Shown here: piece by piece, positions 13,981 through 25,851 of the stretch | How the letters are laid out: each line of letters starts with the position of its first letter | Numbering within the stretch: position 1 is the first letter of the stretch | Source of the DNA: Utricularia gibba | Lineage: Eukaryota > Plantae > Magnoliophyta | Length of the DNA: 64,000 nucleotides | Direction of reading: 5' to 3' | NCBI GenBank assembly: GCA_002189035.1 | Contig: NEEC01000013.1 | Coordinates: forward strand, 496,001-560,000 | Position numbers and translations under genes: made by a program | The notes under the pieces: model-generated | Seen by the model: the letters and a program-made list of their open reading frames with translations, nothing else | The model's database searches: none | What the model was told of the DNA's origin: nothing

Positions 13981-16900
13981 CCAAATATAGTCCTTGTTTA
14001 TCATTTGTTTTTTGTTTTAAAAAATGATTACCATATCATTCAAATATAAATATTTAATACTATTTCAAATGCACTTTCAAAAATAAAAAATAAAGTAACA
14101 AACTGTGCATATAAAACATTTAACTATATGTCATGTGTGATTCTTTAATATTTTCTTAACTTTTATATTAAAACATGATTAGATTCAGATGCCTAAAATA
14201 TATATTTATGTATTTTCTTCAATGAAGTATCATTTCTTTATTATTGCATTTCTCCACCATAAATTATGGAAGTTCATTTTCTCTAATAAACTAAGTAAAA
14301 ATAATTACATGGTAAAAGTTGAAAATGAAACTCAATTCACTAGATAATTCGTATTTTGCATTTTATAATGGCTACTTGTGCTTAAATCCTTTCGTTTCTA
14401 GATACTTTGCATTCCATTTTTTTATGAATAATCTTCAATTTTTTCTAGTATTTCTTTTCGGTTTTGCATATTTCTATGGATATATATTATAGTCTTTCTG
14501 TAATGTTTTCTTGAATAAAAATCACGGGTTGGTGACCTCTATTTGTGAATTTTTGGAGGAGCAAATGAGTAGTACCATCTTCAATACTTTTTATTTGAGG
14601 AAGATAGCGATTTGTATATAATTAGTTCATTTAATCATAAACATATAGTGACCTCATATATGAACCATTTGGTTATTAATAACATTCGAACGGACATGGA
14701 ATATTTAGTATTGAAGACAAAGTGTGACAATTTATGTTGCTTCCTTGATCACTATTAGGGAGAATCACAAGAAGCAATTCTTTAGCGCTCCTATCAAAGA
14801 GTGTATAGAGAATAACTATTTACGAATAAAATCAAAGAGAGATGAATGTTTACACTGTTTACATTGTAAAACTCTGTTTAGAAAATATCATATTAGTCTG
14901 TATTTGATTTTTTACTTCATCTATCTTTTTTAAATTAACTCCTTATGATTTGATACTACCCTATAGGTATGTCTTACGTTTTACTTTTATTTAAAATGTA
15001 AGGAACAACACATCTTGTGATCAATTCCATTTATCATAATATTTAATTTTGTAAAATACGTGACCAGGGCATTTTTGTTAAAGCCACACGATTCTCCAAG
15101 TGTTTGTTATTATTTTCACTTCTCTGCACATTTTTCCAAAGAACAACAACTGCCAACAAATATATGGCATTTTCATTCATAATGAATGCAGATTCTTCCA
15201 TTTTCCATAATGCATCCCAATTGTGGGATGTCATTCTCAATCCAGTCGATGGCCATCTAGGATTCTTCATTCAAATCAACAAAATAGAAAACGTTTTCCA
15301 TAAAAAAAAGAAAATCAGCATGAAATGTTTTAGTAATGTTAGTGGAGTTGGTATGCATTCAGCAGCGGCATTGGAACAGAATCTCCGGCATGGCACCCGG
15401 CGGGGTTTCCTCACAGAATTTCCGGCGGAAATCACAACCAAAATCTGCGGAGGAAACTCATTGTCCACAAGCAAAGTGAATCACAAGCTAGTCGCAGACG
15501 CAGACTAGTAAAACCCTAATTAGGTTTTAGATTGGATTTGATGGAGTGGGTCAAACGTCAAGTCTATAGAATTAGAGATATAGATTCAAGTGCTCGGTGG
15601 CAGCAGAGCAACCTTTGCATGCTACTATTTAAAGACCGATTCACGCCCAACTCAGCTATTTCGTGACCGACTCGGGCAAAGATTTCTCTTCCTTTTTCGC
15701 TGTAAATAAGCCTGGTAAACCTCACCTTTTTACCACCGCCCCTAATCTTTCACTTTTTCGATCCAAGTATTCACTGTTCCACACGCCATAATCAGTCCAA
15801 CTCTTTTTAGAGTGAACATAATAAATAAGTTATAAAGTTGATTTTATTATATTAACTTTTCTTAGGATGGTTGGTTCAAGGGCCAATTTGTGTAATAATT
15901 AAAATAACAATGATTTCCATGTTATTTTAAACTACCATATCTAAAAGCCCATGTTGGTCACTCACTGAAGGCCCAGTAACTCATCCCTGAGTCCAGTTTA
16001 TTTTCCGAACGTGGAAACAAAATTAGTAAACAGAGATTTATGTGGCACGAGGAGTTGCTTTCATTGTTTTACATAGTCAAAAAAGACGGACATAACTTAC
16101 ACAAATATTCTGCAGCTTTAAAGATTCAACTATGGATTAGATTTTGTTTTGAACGTTTGTGTTTTAAAAACCAAACTTTTTTAAATATTTTTACTATGTG
16201 TTTAAACTATAATTGAATCATGGTCGAAACTTAATTGAATCGTAATTAGATTACGATACATTTTTTCTATTTTAAAACATTTTAAATTTGGCTCATATTC
16301 ACAATTGAAGAGAAGAGTAGCAGCACCACCACAATAATTGACTACTCCAACAACACGTAACATGGACTTAAAACACAAGTTCAACACTGAAATCTTCAAA
16401 ACGTTCAAAATTAATTTACATATGCTCAAACATTTATTAAGTTGTAAACTCAATTGTTTTATTGAATGTAAAATAAATAAAGAGAGATGCATGAGAATCT
16501 AAATGAATAATGGTTGTAACCTTCTTTGATAATTATTGAACCTCTAATCATCGATCAGCTAAACAATTCTAGTTTTGAAATATCTAAGAACATCACTATT
16601 CGTGATTGTATGTACCATAGATCAAGTAATGAGAATATCAATCTTGTTATTGAAAAAAAAAAATCTATACGCAAAGATTCACTTTTCTCGAGTTGGGTTT
16701 CGATTTCATTAACAAAAAAAAAAACAAAGATCGTTCACGTGATCCCAATTCGATTTGAGGATGTAATATTAGAAGATACATGGATAGATGTGGTTGAAAT
16801 AAGAATATTTGGATCTATAATAAGGAATGGTGACTGAAGTAATCAGCTGCCGGCCACCCAACTCACATAAGCTTAGTTTAGGATTGGGACGTTCAACTTC

Positions 16901-18471
16901 TGTTATCTTCCATTGCGGTTGGGTGTATTGTGCAAGACCCGGTAGAGAGAAGATGGTTGCAACCACCCAGAGCAAGTTGTTGGTTGGAGAGCAGGGTGGG
17001 CATATGATATCTTTGTCGAAGGATGTCGCATTAAGTGCTGGGCTCCCATTTTCTCCAGTGCGCTGCATGAGATGTATGGCGGTAGTCAAACAGAGCACGA
17101 TGAGACTGGGTCTGGGAGGAGCACGCAGGAGCATGTGTAGTTAATGATAGGAATGGTGGGCGGTGAGAGATGAGGACAGAGGCTGACGGCAAGTCATCAC
17201 ATGCCATGGAAAATGAAATTTGCGGCCCAAGTCTAAAGGGTAACATGCCTGTGTACATTGGAATGGGGTATCGCACATGCAAACCCTCAGTCCTTGTTTC
17301 CAATTCCATCCACATGAATAAACAAATGCCAATGATTTGCACCCCCAATGGAATTGTCTATGTTGATGTGACATCACAATTACCACACATTTTCATAAAC
17401 TACTTACTACACCTCTCTCCTACATTCTTCTTATGGGAGTGACACCTTGCCCACAACAGGGAGGGACCAGCGTCACTGAGTCGGTTCCTACTGCTACTTT
17501 CATTATTGGGGGAGCCCGAGCTCTGCTCTTGCAGCAGTGACGCAATATACCAGTTAAGTTTACAACACAAGTAGTGATTTATCCTGAACTCAATTGTTTG
17601 TGTGTGTGTTTTTTGTATGGTTTCTTTTTCTTCTTGTTCATGAAGTGCTGATTCTTATCGCGGTAGAATATGATGCATCTGGGGTTGCAGACACGGTTGT
17701 TCCACACTTGAATTAAACACATGTAGCTCTTTTGGTAACAACTGACTCTAGGGACCACTATGCAAACCGTTGCATAACGGTACAGACCAAACAAATTCTT
17801 TAAAATGAAAAATGGAGGATACGATTGTTCACTGTTCTGGATGGAAATACGAGCACCACATATTATCGTTTTCTAACTGTTTCTTGAAGTTGTTTCGATG
17901 AGTTTCCAAATGAAGCATGGTGTCCCTCATTTTAAAGAAATGAGAAAAAAAGGGAATCACCAAGGGAAGCATTTCGTTATCCTGAGAAGAGGAAAGCCGA
18001 GGGGGACAGAATCAATTATCCGAATGTTACAAGGAGCATTTCATTCATTGGGAAAAGGACTGGATCATGCACTTTCATTCCATCCAACGGCACCCTAAAT
18101 CCGCTTCCTCACTTCAATTGCACTGCAACAGTGAACACTTGCGAATTCCGATGTTTGAAACCTCTGCACGTTATCGGGTGCGAAAGAGGAGGAGGAGACC
18201 ATTTTAGTGGAAAGGATGCCTCTCAATTCTCATGCTCCTGAGAAGCATGAATGGGCACAAACTTGGACATGCAAAGGTACAACAACAAGACTCGAATACA
18301 GAACACAGACGCTCCTCCTATGTGACAGCAACAACGCTAAAAGGTTGTAGTAATAATGTAAAGGCACTCTCCTAAACGGGCAGCAGAAGTTTCACGATGA
18401 ACTCAACTGCACTGCTCCACTTCAAATCCAACACAACATGTAAAAAAAGTTGCCAACTTTATGGAAGTCGT

Positions 18472-19024
18472 TCAATTCCCAACTGCAGAAGAAGAGGAAG
18501 AAGAGAGCTCTATGGAACCATAGTGGAGCAGCTCCTGAATCATCTGCTCAATCTGATCATCATCAAGAGGACTCATTTGCTCTTTATTCTGGTAGCTGCT
18601 GCTTGAGGCATCATCAACGTTCACAACAGCTGACTTACTAGGCGACGGTTCTCCTGATTTTTGAGCTAATTGCAGAGATGCTAGGTGACATTTATGGAGC
18701 TTCGCCATCAAGTTTGCTGATAAAAGGTGCTTCCCTGAAGACGCTGATTCGTTAGTGAAATTGGTGCGAGCTCTTGGTCCGCACATTATTCGGGCAGCTT
18801 CATCGTATGCACGTGCAGCATCCTCAGCGGTTTCGAACGTCCCGAGCCATATTCTCGTTTTCCTGAGATTAGAAAGAGTTGAGAAACAGAGCATAACGAG
18901 ATGTCGGCGGATGAAGGTAGGTGCGTGTGTTCATTACATACAGCAAAGGGTGGCGAATCTCGGAGACCCATGAGCCCCAATGGCGTTGGCGGACACCGCG
19001 GTAGCGCTGGTGAGATCTGGCCAT
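18472..19024 (-). CDS. ERF003: Group V AP2/ERF, ERF003/ESE3-like, 157 aa; exons 19024-18942 and 18862-18472
   Basis: Exon 1 encodes [28 protein letters not shown] 79-nt GT-AG intron follows at the group V position, then [48 protein letters not shown] and a C-terminal [20 protein letters not shown]. Total 474 nt, in frame. Confidence 0.93.
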
Positions 19025-20019
19025 TGAAGGAGTGAGGAGCTTGCAAGACGTGTTTGATGAAATGTCTCTGAGAGAGTGATGGAAGGTGGAAGAAGAGTGG
19101 AGAGGGGAATTTATTCAATCACAACAACTCCGGATTTCTGTTGGCATTAAATGAGATCTTGGGCCTACATTAACTTCCTCGCAGTAGATTGGCATTTGGG
19201 TTTTCCTCCATTCGCTGAATCATTTTCGGAACATGGCCAAGGGCGCACTCAGACAATCTTTCTTCAAACGGTTCGGACATCCAAAAATGCAGTAGCAGAT
19301 GATACCATCCCAATACCAATATCCTGGAATTCCCTTGTGTCTCTATAGTCTAACGTATAATTTAGTTTTGTGCAGTGAATCCATGGGCGAGGATTTGATA
19401 TGAATCTGAAAGGGGTTAATATATTGTCTGTACTACTCGTATTAAAACACAGATTTTGGGTGGAGGGCAGCGATCACATCAGATGTTCGGTTGGAATACG
19501 GGAGAACCTGCCCATGTGACTGCAACCAAGGGAGGCCTCCTTGGACGCTACTTTATCAAGGAAACTATTTCACTACAGTGTCATGCTCCACATTCAATGC
19601 CCCATGCCGTCAGTATGAATATCATGCGTATCCATCCTCCGACTCTCTCACATTCTTCTACATGTCAGTCAGGCGTAACATTTTGGTTCACTTCCAGATG
19701 CCAGTTACCCATGAAGAATTCCTGGAAGTAGGAAGGCTGATTCATGGCTGGTTTACAATGAGATTCTGTAGTCCGAAGGCAAAGCAAGCACCACATCTGC
19801 GGGATCGCTTTCATGAAAGTAAAATAGTTCGCAAACTTCAATACAATGTACCTATTGCCCACCAACCCCTCCATTGCGTATCCAAGCCAACTTGGTGCAT
19901 CATCTTAGTATATCATCAATGCCTCCTTTACACAAACGCTCGATAGACTCTTCCTAGTTTCGCACTCGGGCTTAGAATCCCAGGAGAACCCTTGCACGTA
20001 CTCTTGTGTTACTTTACTT

Positions 20020-20163
20020 TGATGAAATTCAGGATCCGATGGGTAATAAGAAACGTGGATCACATTATAAAAAATTAAATATAATTAATTATTTGTGATT
20101 TATAATTTATTGTATACTTGATTATTTTACTTTCATTTTCTAATGTGAGATTGTGTTTTTTGT
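20020..20163 (+). repeat. Degenerate copy of the ~172-bp short LTR-like element
   Basis: Shares AAATTCA(G/A)GATC..GATGGGT, AAGAAACGTG, GTGAT(T/C)TATAATT and GATTGTGT blocks with 20274-20444. Confidence 0.5.
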
Positions 20164-20273
20164 TGACTTAGCTCAATGCATCTTATTTCTTTTTTTCTTA
20201 TCCGAAACTCAAACCAGAACAAAACCCATCTTGATCACCTAAGTTGTGATGTGAGTCAAATGTTATGATAACA

Positions 20274-20444
20274 TGTTAAAATTCAAGATCTGATGGGTCG
20301 GATGAGCAAGTACGTAAAGTCCAAATACACAAGAAACGTGTATCATAATAGAAAAGATTAAGTATAACCAATTAATAGTGATCTATAATTGGTGTATCGA
20401 GTGTGTTACTTTCAAATACTGATGTGGGATTGTGTATTCTAACA
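20274..20444 (+). mobile_element. Short (171 bp) LTR-like element (TRIM or short Copia solo LTR)
   Basis: Termini TGTTAAAAT...ATTCTAACA (8/9 inverted match) and an internal GATGTGGGA. A homologous copy lies at 31575-31747. No clean TSD. Confidence 0.55.
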
Positions 20445-21197
20445 CACTTTTAGCCGAAGCCTTTTCTACCATCAAGGATACGGAGATGAAGGAAAGGAGA
20501 TACGATCATACAAGGGGTCGGCTAGAGATAGTGTTGGCAATAAAAGGGAAGGATGTGGACCGGGACGTGAGAAGTATTTGAGAAGGGCTCTGCTCCCCTT
20601 GAACAACTTTGCATTCATACTGAAGACCATCCATGAAGCGACTCCAAATTGTGTGAGAAGGACGTTGTCTGGAGTCTCCATCGCCACTTGCGTTTCCTTC
20701 TCACTATCTCATTAGACTTGTTTGTATGTCCCTTAATATTTGTATTTTTCTTCTAATTTATTCCTTTTAAAAAGAAAATTGATGCCCCACAAATTAAAGC
20801 TCATGTCCCCCTTCATATATATTCTTTTTTTTTTATATATATACTGGTGATAACAAATCAACACAACACATGAGAGCCTATTTCTTTAGAATATAAATGG
20901 CAACTTTGGTACAAGTTTGGGGGACGTGGCGTCGTAAGTGGTAAGATATGTTTCTATTTCTGTGTGTTATTCTGCAGAGTTACTTTCCAAGAAGACAAAA
21001 AGGATATGTGCATTAGTTATTCTTCTGGTAGTTCATTGCTAAAATTTCTATTTCTTTTGAATATGATACGGACAGATCATTTCAAGGGAAGATGCAGATT
21101 CCGTCTTCAGTATGTTAGAACATGCGTATTCTTACAAAACACAGATCCAGCCCCTACCAGATACTTTTCTAGATAAACTTGATCGAGGCCAAACGGC

Positions 21198-21906
21198 GTC
21201 GGTTGGTGGCCCAAGTTTTCCATTGCCGCGTGTCTGACAGAAGGAGAACCCAACAGTTTCATAGAAGAACCCAACCGGAAACACTGGTTCAGATATTACG
21301 GCGAGTCAAGGCGACGCTGCTGAGCAAGAGTCCGTACATCGAATAAACTTTTTAGCGTTTGAATTGTGTAAGCCTCAGAAAAAACGTGCTTAGAGCGATT
21401 ATTTAGACCGATTTTTATTTTTATTTTATTTTATATCACAACCCATATAAAAAACCTCAAATTCATATTTTTAATTCATTATTCTCAATTATAATTTTCA
21501 GAATATATGATTTATTATTTTAGGAGTTTGAGAGTGTGGATATGGGTTTGGGCCAACCTACCTAACTCAAAAACTGTCATCTAGAGTGCATCATGGGCTT
21601 TCATGAAATAAAAAAAAAATTGACATTATATAAAAAATTAAGTTAAAATTATAAAAGTCTGGGGTTAAATTCAATATCAACAAGGATTTTATATTGAGCC
21701 CGTTGTCCACTGAATCTTTGAGATTCCATTGTGGGTGCATCAAGATGGGAGTTGTAAGAAGATTCTTTAAAAAAACTAAACCGCGTTAGATTTTTCTCGT
21801 TTGAGTAATTGACGATGACGTAGTCATTGCGTTCACAAGGGGGGAAGGAATTCCCTCCTACTCCGTCACCGTTAAGACGTGGTTGGTGAAATTTTTCGCT
21901 ATATAA
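21198..21906 (+). promoter_or_regulatory. CCR promoter with AC elements (MYB sites) and TATA box
   Basis: GGTTGGTG (reverse complement CACCAACC) at 21201-21208 and 21881-21888. ACCTACC/ACCTAAC at 21556-21566. ACCGAC core at 21198-21203 (minus). TATATAA at 21900-21906. AC elements are established features of monolignol gene promoters. Confidence 0.65.
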
Positions 21907-22013
21907 GGTGAATATTCGCCCCATCACTCTCCACTACTCCCCAACCGCCACCCAGCGCAGCAGCCAACGTTTCTGTGATCACAGGCACACCGTGGTTGCT
22001 TCCACCTCCGGCG

Positions 22014-24073
22014 ATGACATTGGTTCCGGAGAAGTTGGTTTGCGTCACCGGTTCTGGGGGATACGTAGCCTCCTGGCTCGTCAAGCTTCTTCTCGAGAAA
22101 GGGTACACCGTGCGGGGTACCGTGCGAAACCCAGGTGAGATTCCTGCGCTGAAAATGGGAGAAACATGGAACTCCTAGAAACGTCAACTCTTATGTATCT
22201 TTTATATTATGAATGGCAAATCCAACTCTCGATTCCCGCATAGATTCATGGTTCTAAACTGAAGGAATTTCTGCATATCTAAATTTTGTAGATGATTCAA
22301 AGAACTCGCACTTGAGAGAGCTTGAGGGAGCGGATGAGAGGCTGATTCTCCTGAGAGCTGATCTCAATGACTACGGGAGCTTAATCGAGGCCATTAATGG
22401 CTGCCAGGGCGTTTTCCACACTGCGTCTCCGGTTACCGACGATCCCGTGAGTACAAATCAAGCCCACCTGTGTTTGGTCATCAGATAATAACTGGGGGCC
22501 CCTCTTAGAATAGTATGATTACCTACTCTATAAATCTATATTAAATTAAAGGTGCCCCCTTTGGTAGTGAAGTTTCAATGTGATCTTCTGGATTGCCGTG
22601 AAGAAATCATTGGTGTTGGGGGATTGGTGGGGTAGGTGTAGGCCACGGGAAATAGTTTATGCGTATTTCCTTGGGTGAGTGAGATGGCAAAGCAAATTAG
22701 GTGAAATGGGGTTTTGGGTATTTGGTAGACTTCCCATGTCGCTAATTGATTTAGTACATCCCACTTAAAGGGACATTACAACAAATTAGGTAGGCTTTCA
22801 ATGGATGATCCAAATATGATGGGACATTTTTATTTAGATTGAAATCATTGAGGAGGAGGGGGGTCACTCTTCTGACCTTCTTTTTGCTAAGGCAGCGCTT
22901 CCAAAAGTTTGCTCTCTTCTTCTAATGCATCTTAAAAATGATACTTGATATTGTGCCCTGTGAAGGAGGAGATGGTGGAACCGGCGGTGAACGGAGCGAA
23001 AAACGTGATACGGGCAGCTTCAGAAGCCAAGGTTGGGAGGGTGGTGCTCACCTCCTCCATTGGAGCCGTTTACATGGACCCTAACCGCGACAGTGAACAA
23101 GTTGTGGACGAAGGATGCTGGAGTGACCTTGAGTTTTGCAAGAACACAAAGGTAGGTAGTCGATATGGGAAGTGGCTGACCCAATTCCACGAATTGTTAT
23201 TATTATATTTTCTCTTATCTCGTCCTCTATTTCCTCAGAATTGGTACTGCTACGGCAAAGCCGTGGCCGAGAAGGCAGCGTGGGAGACGGCCTCGGAGTT
23301 GGGCGTGGACATGGTGGTGATCAATCCGGTTCTTGTGCTGGGGCCAATGCTCCAACCCACCGTCAACGCCAGTGTGCTTCACATACTCAAGTACTTGACC
23401 GGGTCAGCCAAGACATACGCCAATTCCGTACAGGCCTATGTCCATGTGAAAGACGTCGCATTGGCTCACATCCTCTTGTACGAGACTCCGGCCGCGTCGG
23501 GGAGATATCTCTGCGCAGAGAGCGTCCTCCACCGCAGCGAGGTCGTCGAGATCCTCGCCAAGTTCTTCCCGGAGTACCCCGTTCCCACCAGGTAACAATC
23601 CTCACTCATACCACACATCCTACTTCTCCTAATCAAGAGTAAAGTTTCATTCATCGTCTTCCCTAAGAAACTCGAATTTCTCCATTCGAAACTGGGCGAC
23701 GCGTGGTTTGGTTTGGTACTGACTTGGAGTCTTCTCAAGTTTTTCTCACCTGCTACGCGCATGACCCCTCTCGTTATTTTTCTTATCTTTTACGAATTGA
23801 GATGTAAAGCAAGACAAGACATGATGATGGTATGAGATAGAAGCATTTAGAACTAATGTGTGGTGGATGGGGGTGATCAGATGTTCGGACGAGAAGAATC
23901 CGAGGAAGAAAGCCTACAAGTTCTCAAATCAAAGGCTCAAGGATCTGGGGCTGGAGTTCACCAGCGTGAAGCAGTGCCTATACGACACCGTAAAGTGCTT
24001 GCAGGAGAAGGGTCATCTTCCATTACCTACCACCGCCATTCCCAGTGACAACAAATTCCTCATCAAAACTTAG
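22014..24073 (+). CDS. CCR1: Cinnamoyl-CoA reductase, 335 aa; exons 22014-22134, 22292-22446, 22966-23151, 23239-23591, 23881-24073
   Basis: All four introns are GT-AG and the exon sum is 1008 nt, in frame. Motifs: [19 protein letters not shown] (NADPH binding), [24 protein letters not shown], the CCR signature [18 protein letters not shown] and AASGRYLC. Confidence 0.97.
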
Positions 24074-24971
24074 CCACTAATCTCACCCCCCGCCCCCACC
24101 ATTTTATCCCATCCTTCCTTGACCATCAGTCCCTGGGATGAACCACCCACCCATCCATGATGTGATGTGATGTGATGTCTAGTCCCGCACATTGTATTTC
24201 TATCTTTTTATTGTAAAACAATGGGCCGAATCCCAAACGCATTCCCAATCTCTGTATAATAAGTTGTCTTTTTTATATTCTATGCTTTTTCACAAAGCCA
24301 AGTTTTCTTTATTCTCGTCATACTTTTAACATTTCAAATTGCAATTAGATACCATTATTTTTAATTTAGTGTTATTCACATATGAAAATGTATATTATCT
24401 TCAAAAACTGTATCCCACTTTTGTTATTCTCCATTTGATATATTTTTTGTGATTGAAAATGATTTATATTGGAAAAAAAGGATATCGATAGTGTGAGCAT
24501 TTTTAAATGGGGTATGAAAGTGTGCGATGCCACTGCCGGATTTGTCCAGCGTCCACATTGGCGTGCGATTCCACTGCCGTGACGTGTCAGACACGAGCCA
24601 ATTTTTATATAAAAAAAATAATTCAAAAAAATACTGAGCTTTATACTTGATAATAATTAAAGCCACTGAAAGCACTATCAGAATCTCATTCGCCTACACA
24701 CTGCAAATCTCCAACACCATGTACATTGAGCTACCTAAAAGCAGTGCGGACAACCTCCGCTGAGCAACTTGAACTCTGTACATTCATACACAACATGAAG
24801 AAGATAACAAGAGACAACAACGCGCACCCATATCGACAAATCTCGTTTGCTGGAAGAAGAGCTGACGGATGAAATGAGACACGCTTGTTCAACTCCTATC
24901 ATTTTGCACAGCTTCTGGTATTCCTAAGGAAATGTCGAGAGCTCCTTGAAATCAGGTTGCCATCGTCGGGT

Positions 24972-25851
24972 TTAATTTTGAGGGGCAACTCCATCATTTC
25001 TATTCAGCATTTCCCACATGGTCTGCACATCCTTGTACTCACAGGTTTGTACATCATCGTGCAGCTTCACAAGGCCGCCTAAGAAGAAAACCAACAAGCA
25101 GAAAACATGAGCGAGTTTCCACCGTGAGAGGTTATACTACTATCATATTCCAAACAGCCTTGCAGAAATTCAGGACGGGGCATGCTTAAAATCCCAATCA
25201 TAAAAGTCAAAGCCAAAATGATCCTAAATTGATTTGTCTCGGCCCACAACTAGAGTAGCTCACATAGGTTATTGAATTGTTGCAGTTGGGTCCAAGCAAC
25301 AACAGCCAAGGTAAAAAATGTACAAGTATGCTGGTTAATAGTAAATGATCCTCGAACTTGAGTTCGCATGTATCTATCTAATTAGTACAGACAATAGATT
25401 CCCCTTTGGGCACTTTAAAACCGAACAAAAACTATTGGATTCACCATACATACTCCTGATGATGTAACATTCTCTCCAAAGAAGGTAATACTACAGGAAT
25501 GAAGCAGAAACTACACCTCAACTCCAAAGGCCGACCACTAGAAGAGAGAAAAGTCTAAATCAGCAGGACTCTTCATCTTGGATGACGGAAAAAAACAAAA
25601 AACACATCTTTATTCTCCACCAACACTAACTGGTGGGACGAATGCAGGACTCTTCATCTTGAACAAAAATCAGGGGCAACCATTCGACCCCACGAAAATC
25701 TCGATCACCCATATTAGCGAATCGACGAATTGACCCCTTAGCAAAAGAAATAAATAGGGACACACAAACCATTTTTCCGAGACTTGAAACGAGAGGAAAC
25801 AGAGCACCAAACTCTTCTTATGGGGAAAGCAAAGTTGCTCCACCACTCCAT
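24972..25851 (-). CDS. Conserved plant small protein of unknown function, 62 aa; exons 25851-25770 and 25078-24972
   Basis: Exon 1 encodes MEWWSNFAFPIRRVWCSVSSRFKSRKN. A GT...TTCTTAG phase-1 intron follows, then GGLVKLHDDVQTCEYKDVQTMWEMLNRNDGVAPQN*. This matches a recalled family pattern (MxWWxxxxFPxRRVW...GLLKLHDDVQTCxYEDVxVMWEML). It is absent from the ORF track because each exon is under 60 codons. Confidence 0.88.

Noticed and set aside
15509-15530. Telomerase RNA template or interstitial telomere (AAACCCTAA)
   Set aside because: It is a single telo-box with no tandem array, and no USE (RTCCCACATCG) plus TATA Pol III promoter is visible upstream.
16500-16830. Possible plastid-derived insertion
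   Set aside because: The composition is suggestive, but I could not match it to any plastid sequence I know; BLAST is needed.
17187-17198. miR169-like 12-mer GATGACTTGCCG on the minus strand
   Set aside because: The 5' seed part has five mismatches and no complementary star arm was found.
19491-19946. 151-aa plus-strand ORF in the ERF003-like promoter
   Set aside because: It has a non-ATG start, no domain and no splice context, so it is probably chance in GC-balanced DNA.
23172-23762. Alternative-frame and antisense ORFs over CCR exon 4
   Set aside because: Explained by the high GC3 content of the real exon.
25563-25661. 18-bp exact direct repeat GCAGGACTCTTCATCTTG in the small-protein intron (a similar 18-bp pair lies at 35291-35342)
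   Set aside because: Two copies only; these are ordinary local duplications and not CRISPR-like arrays.
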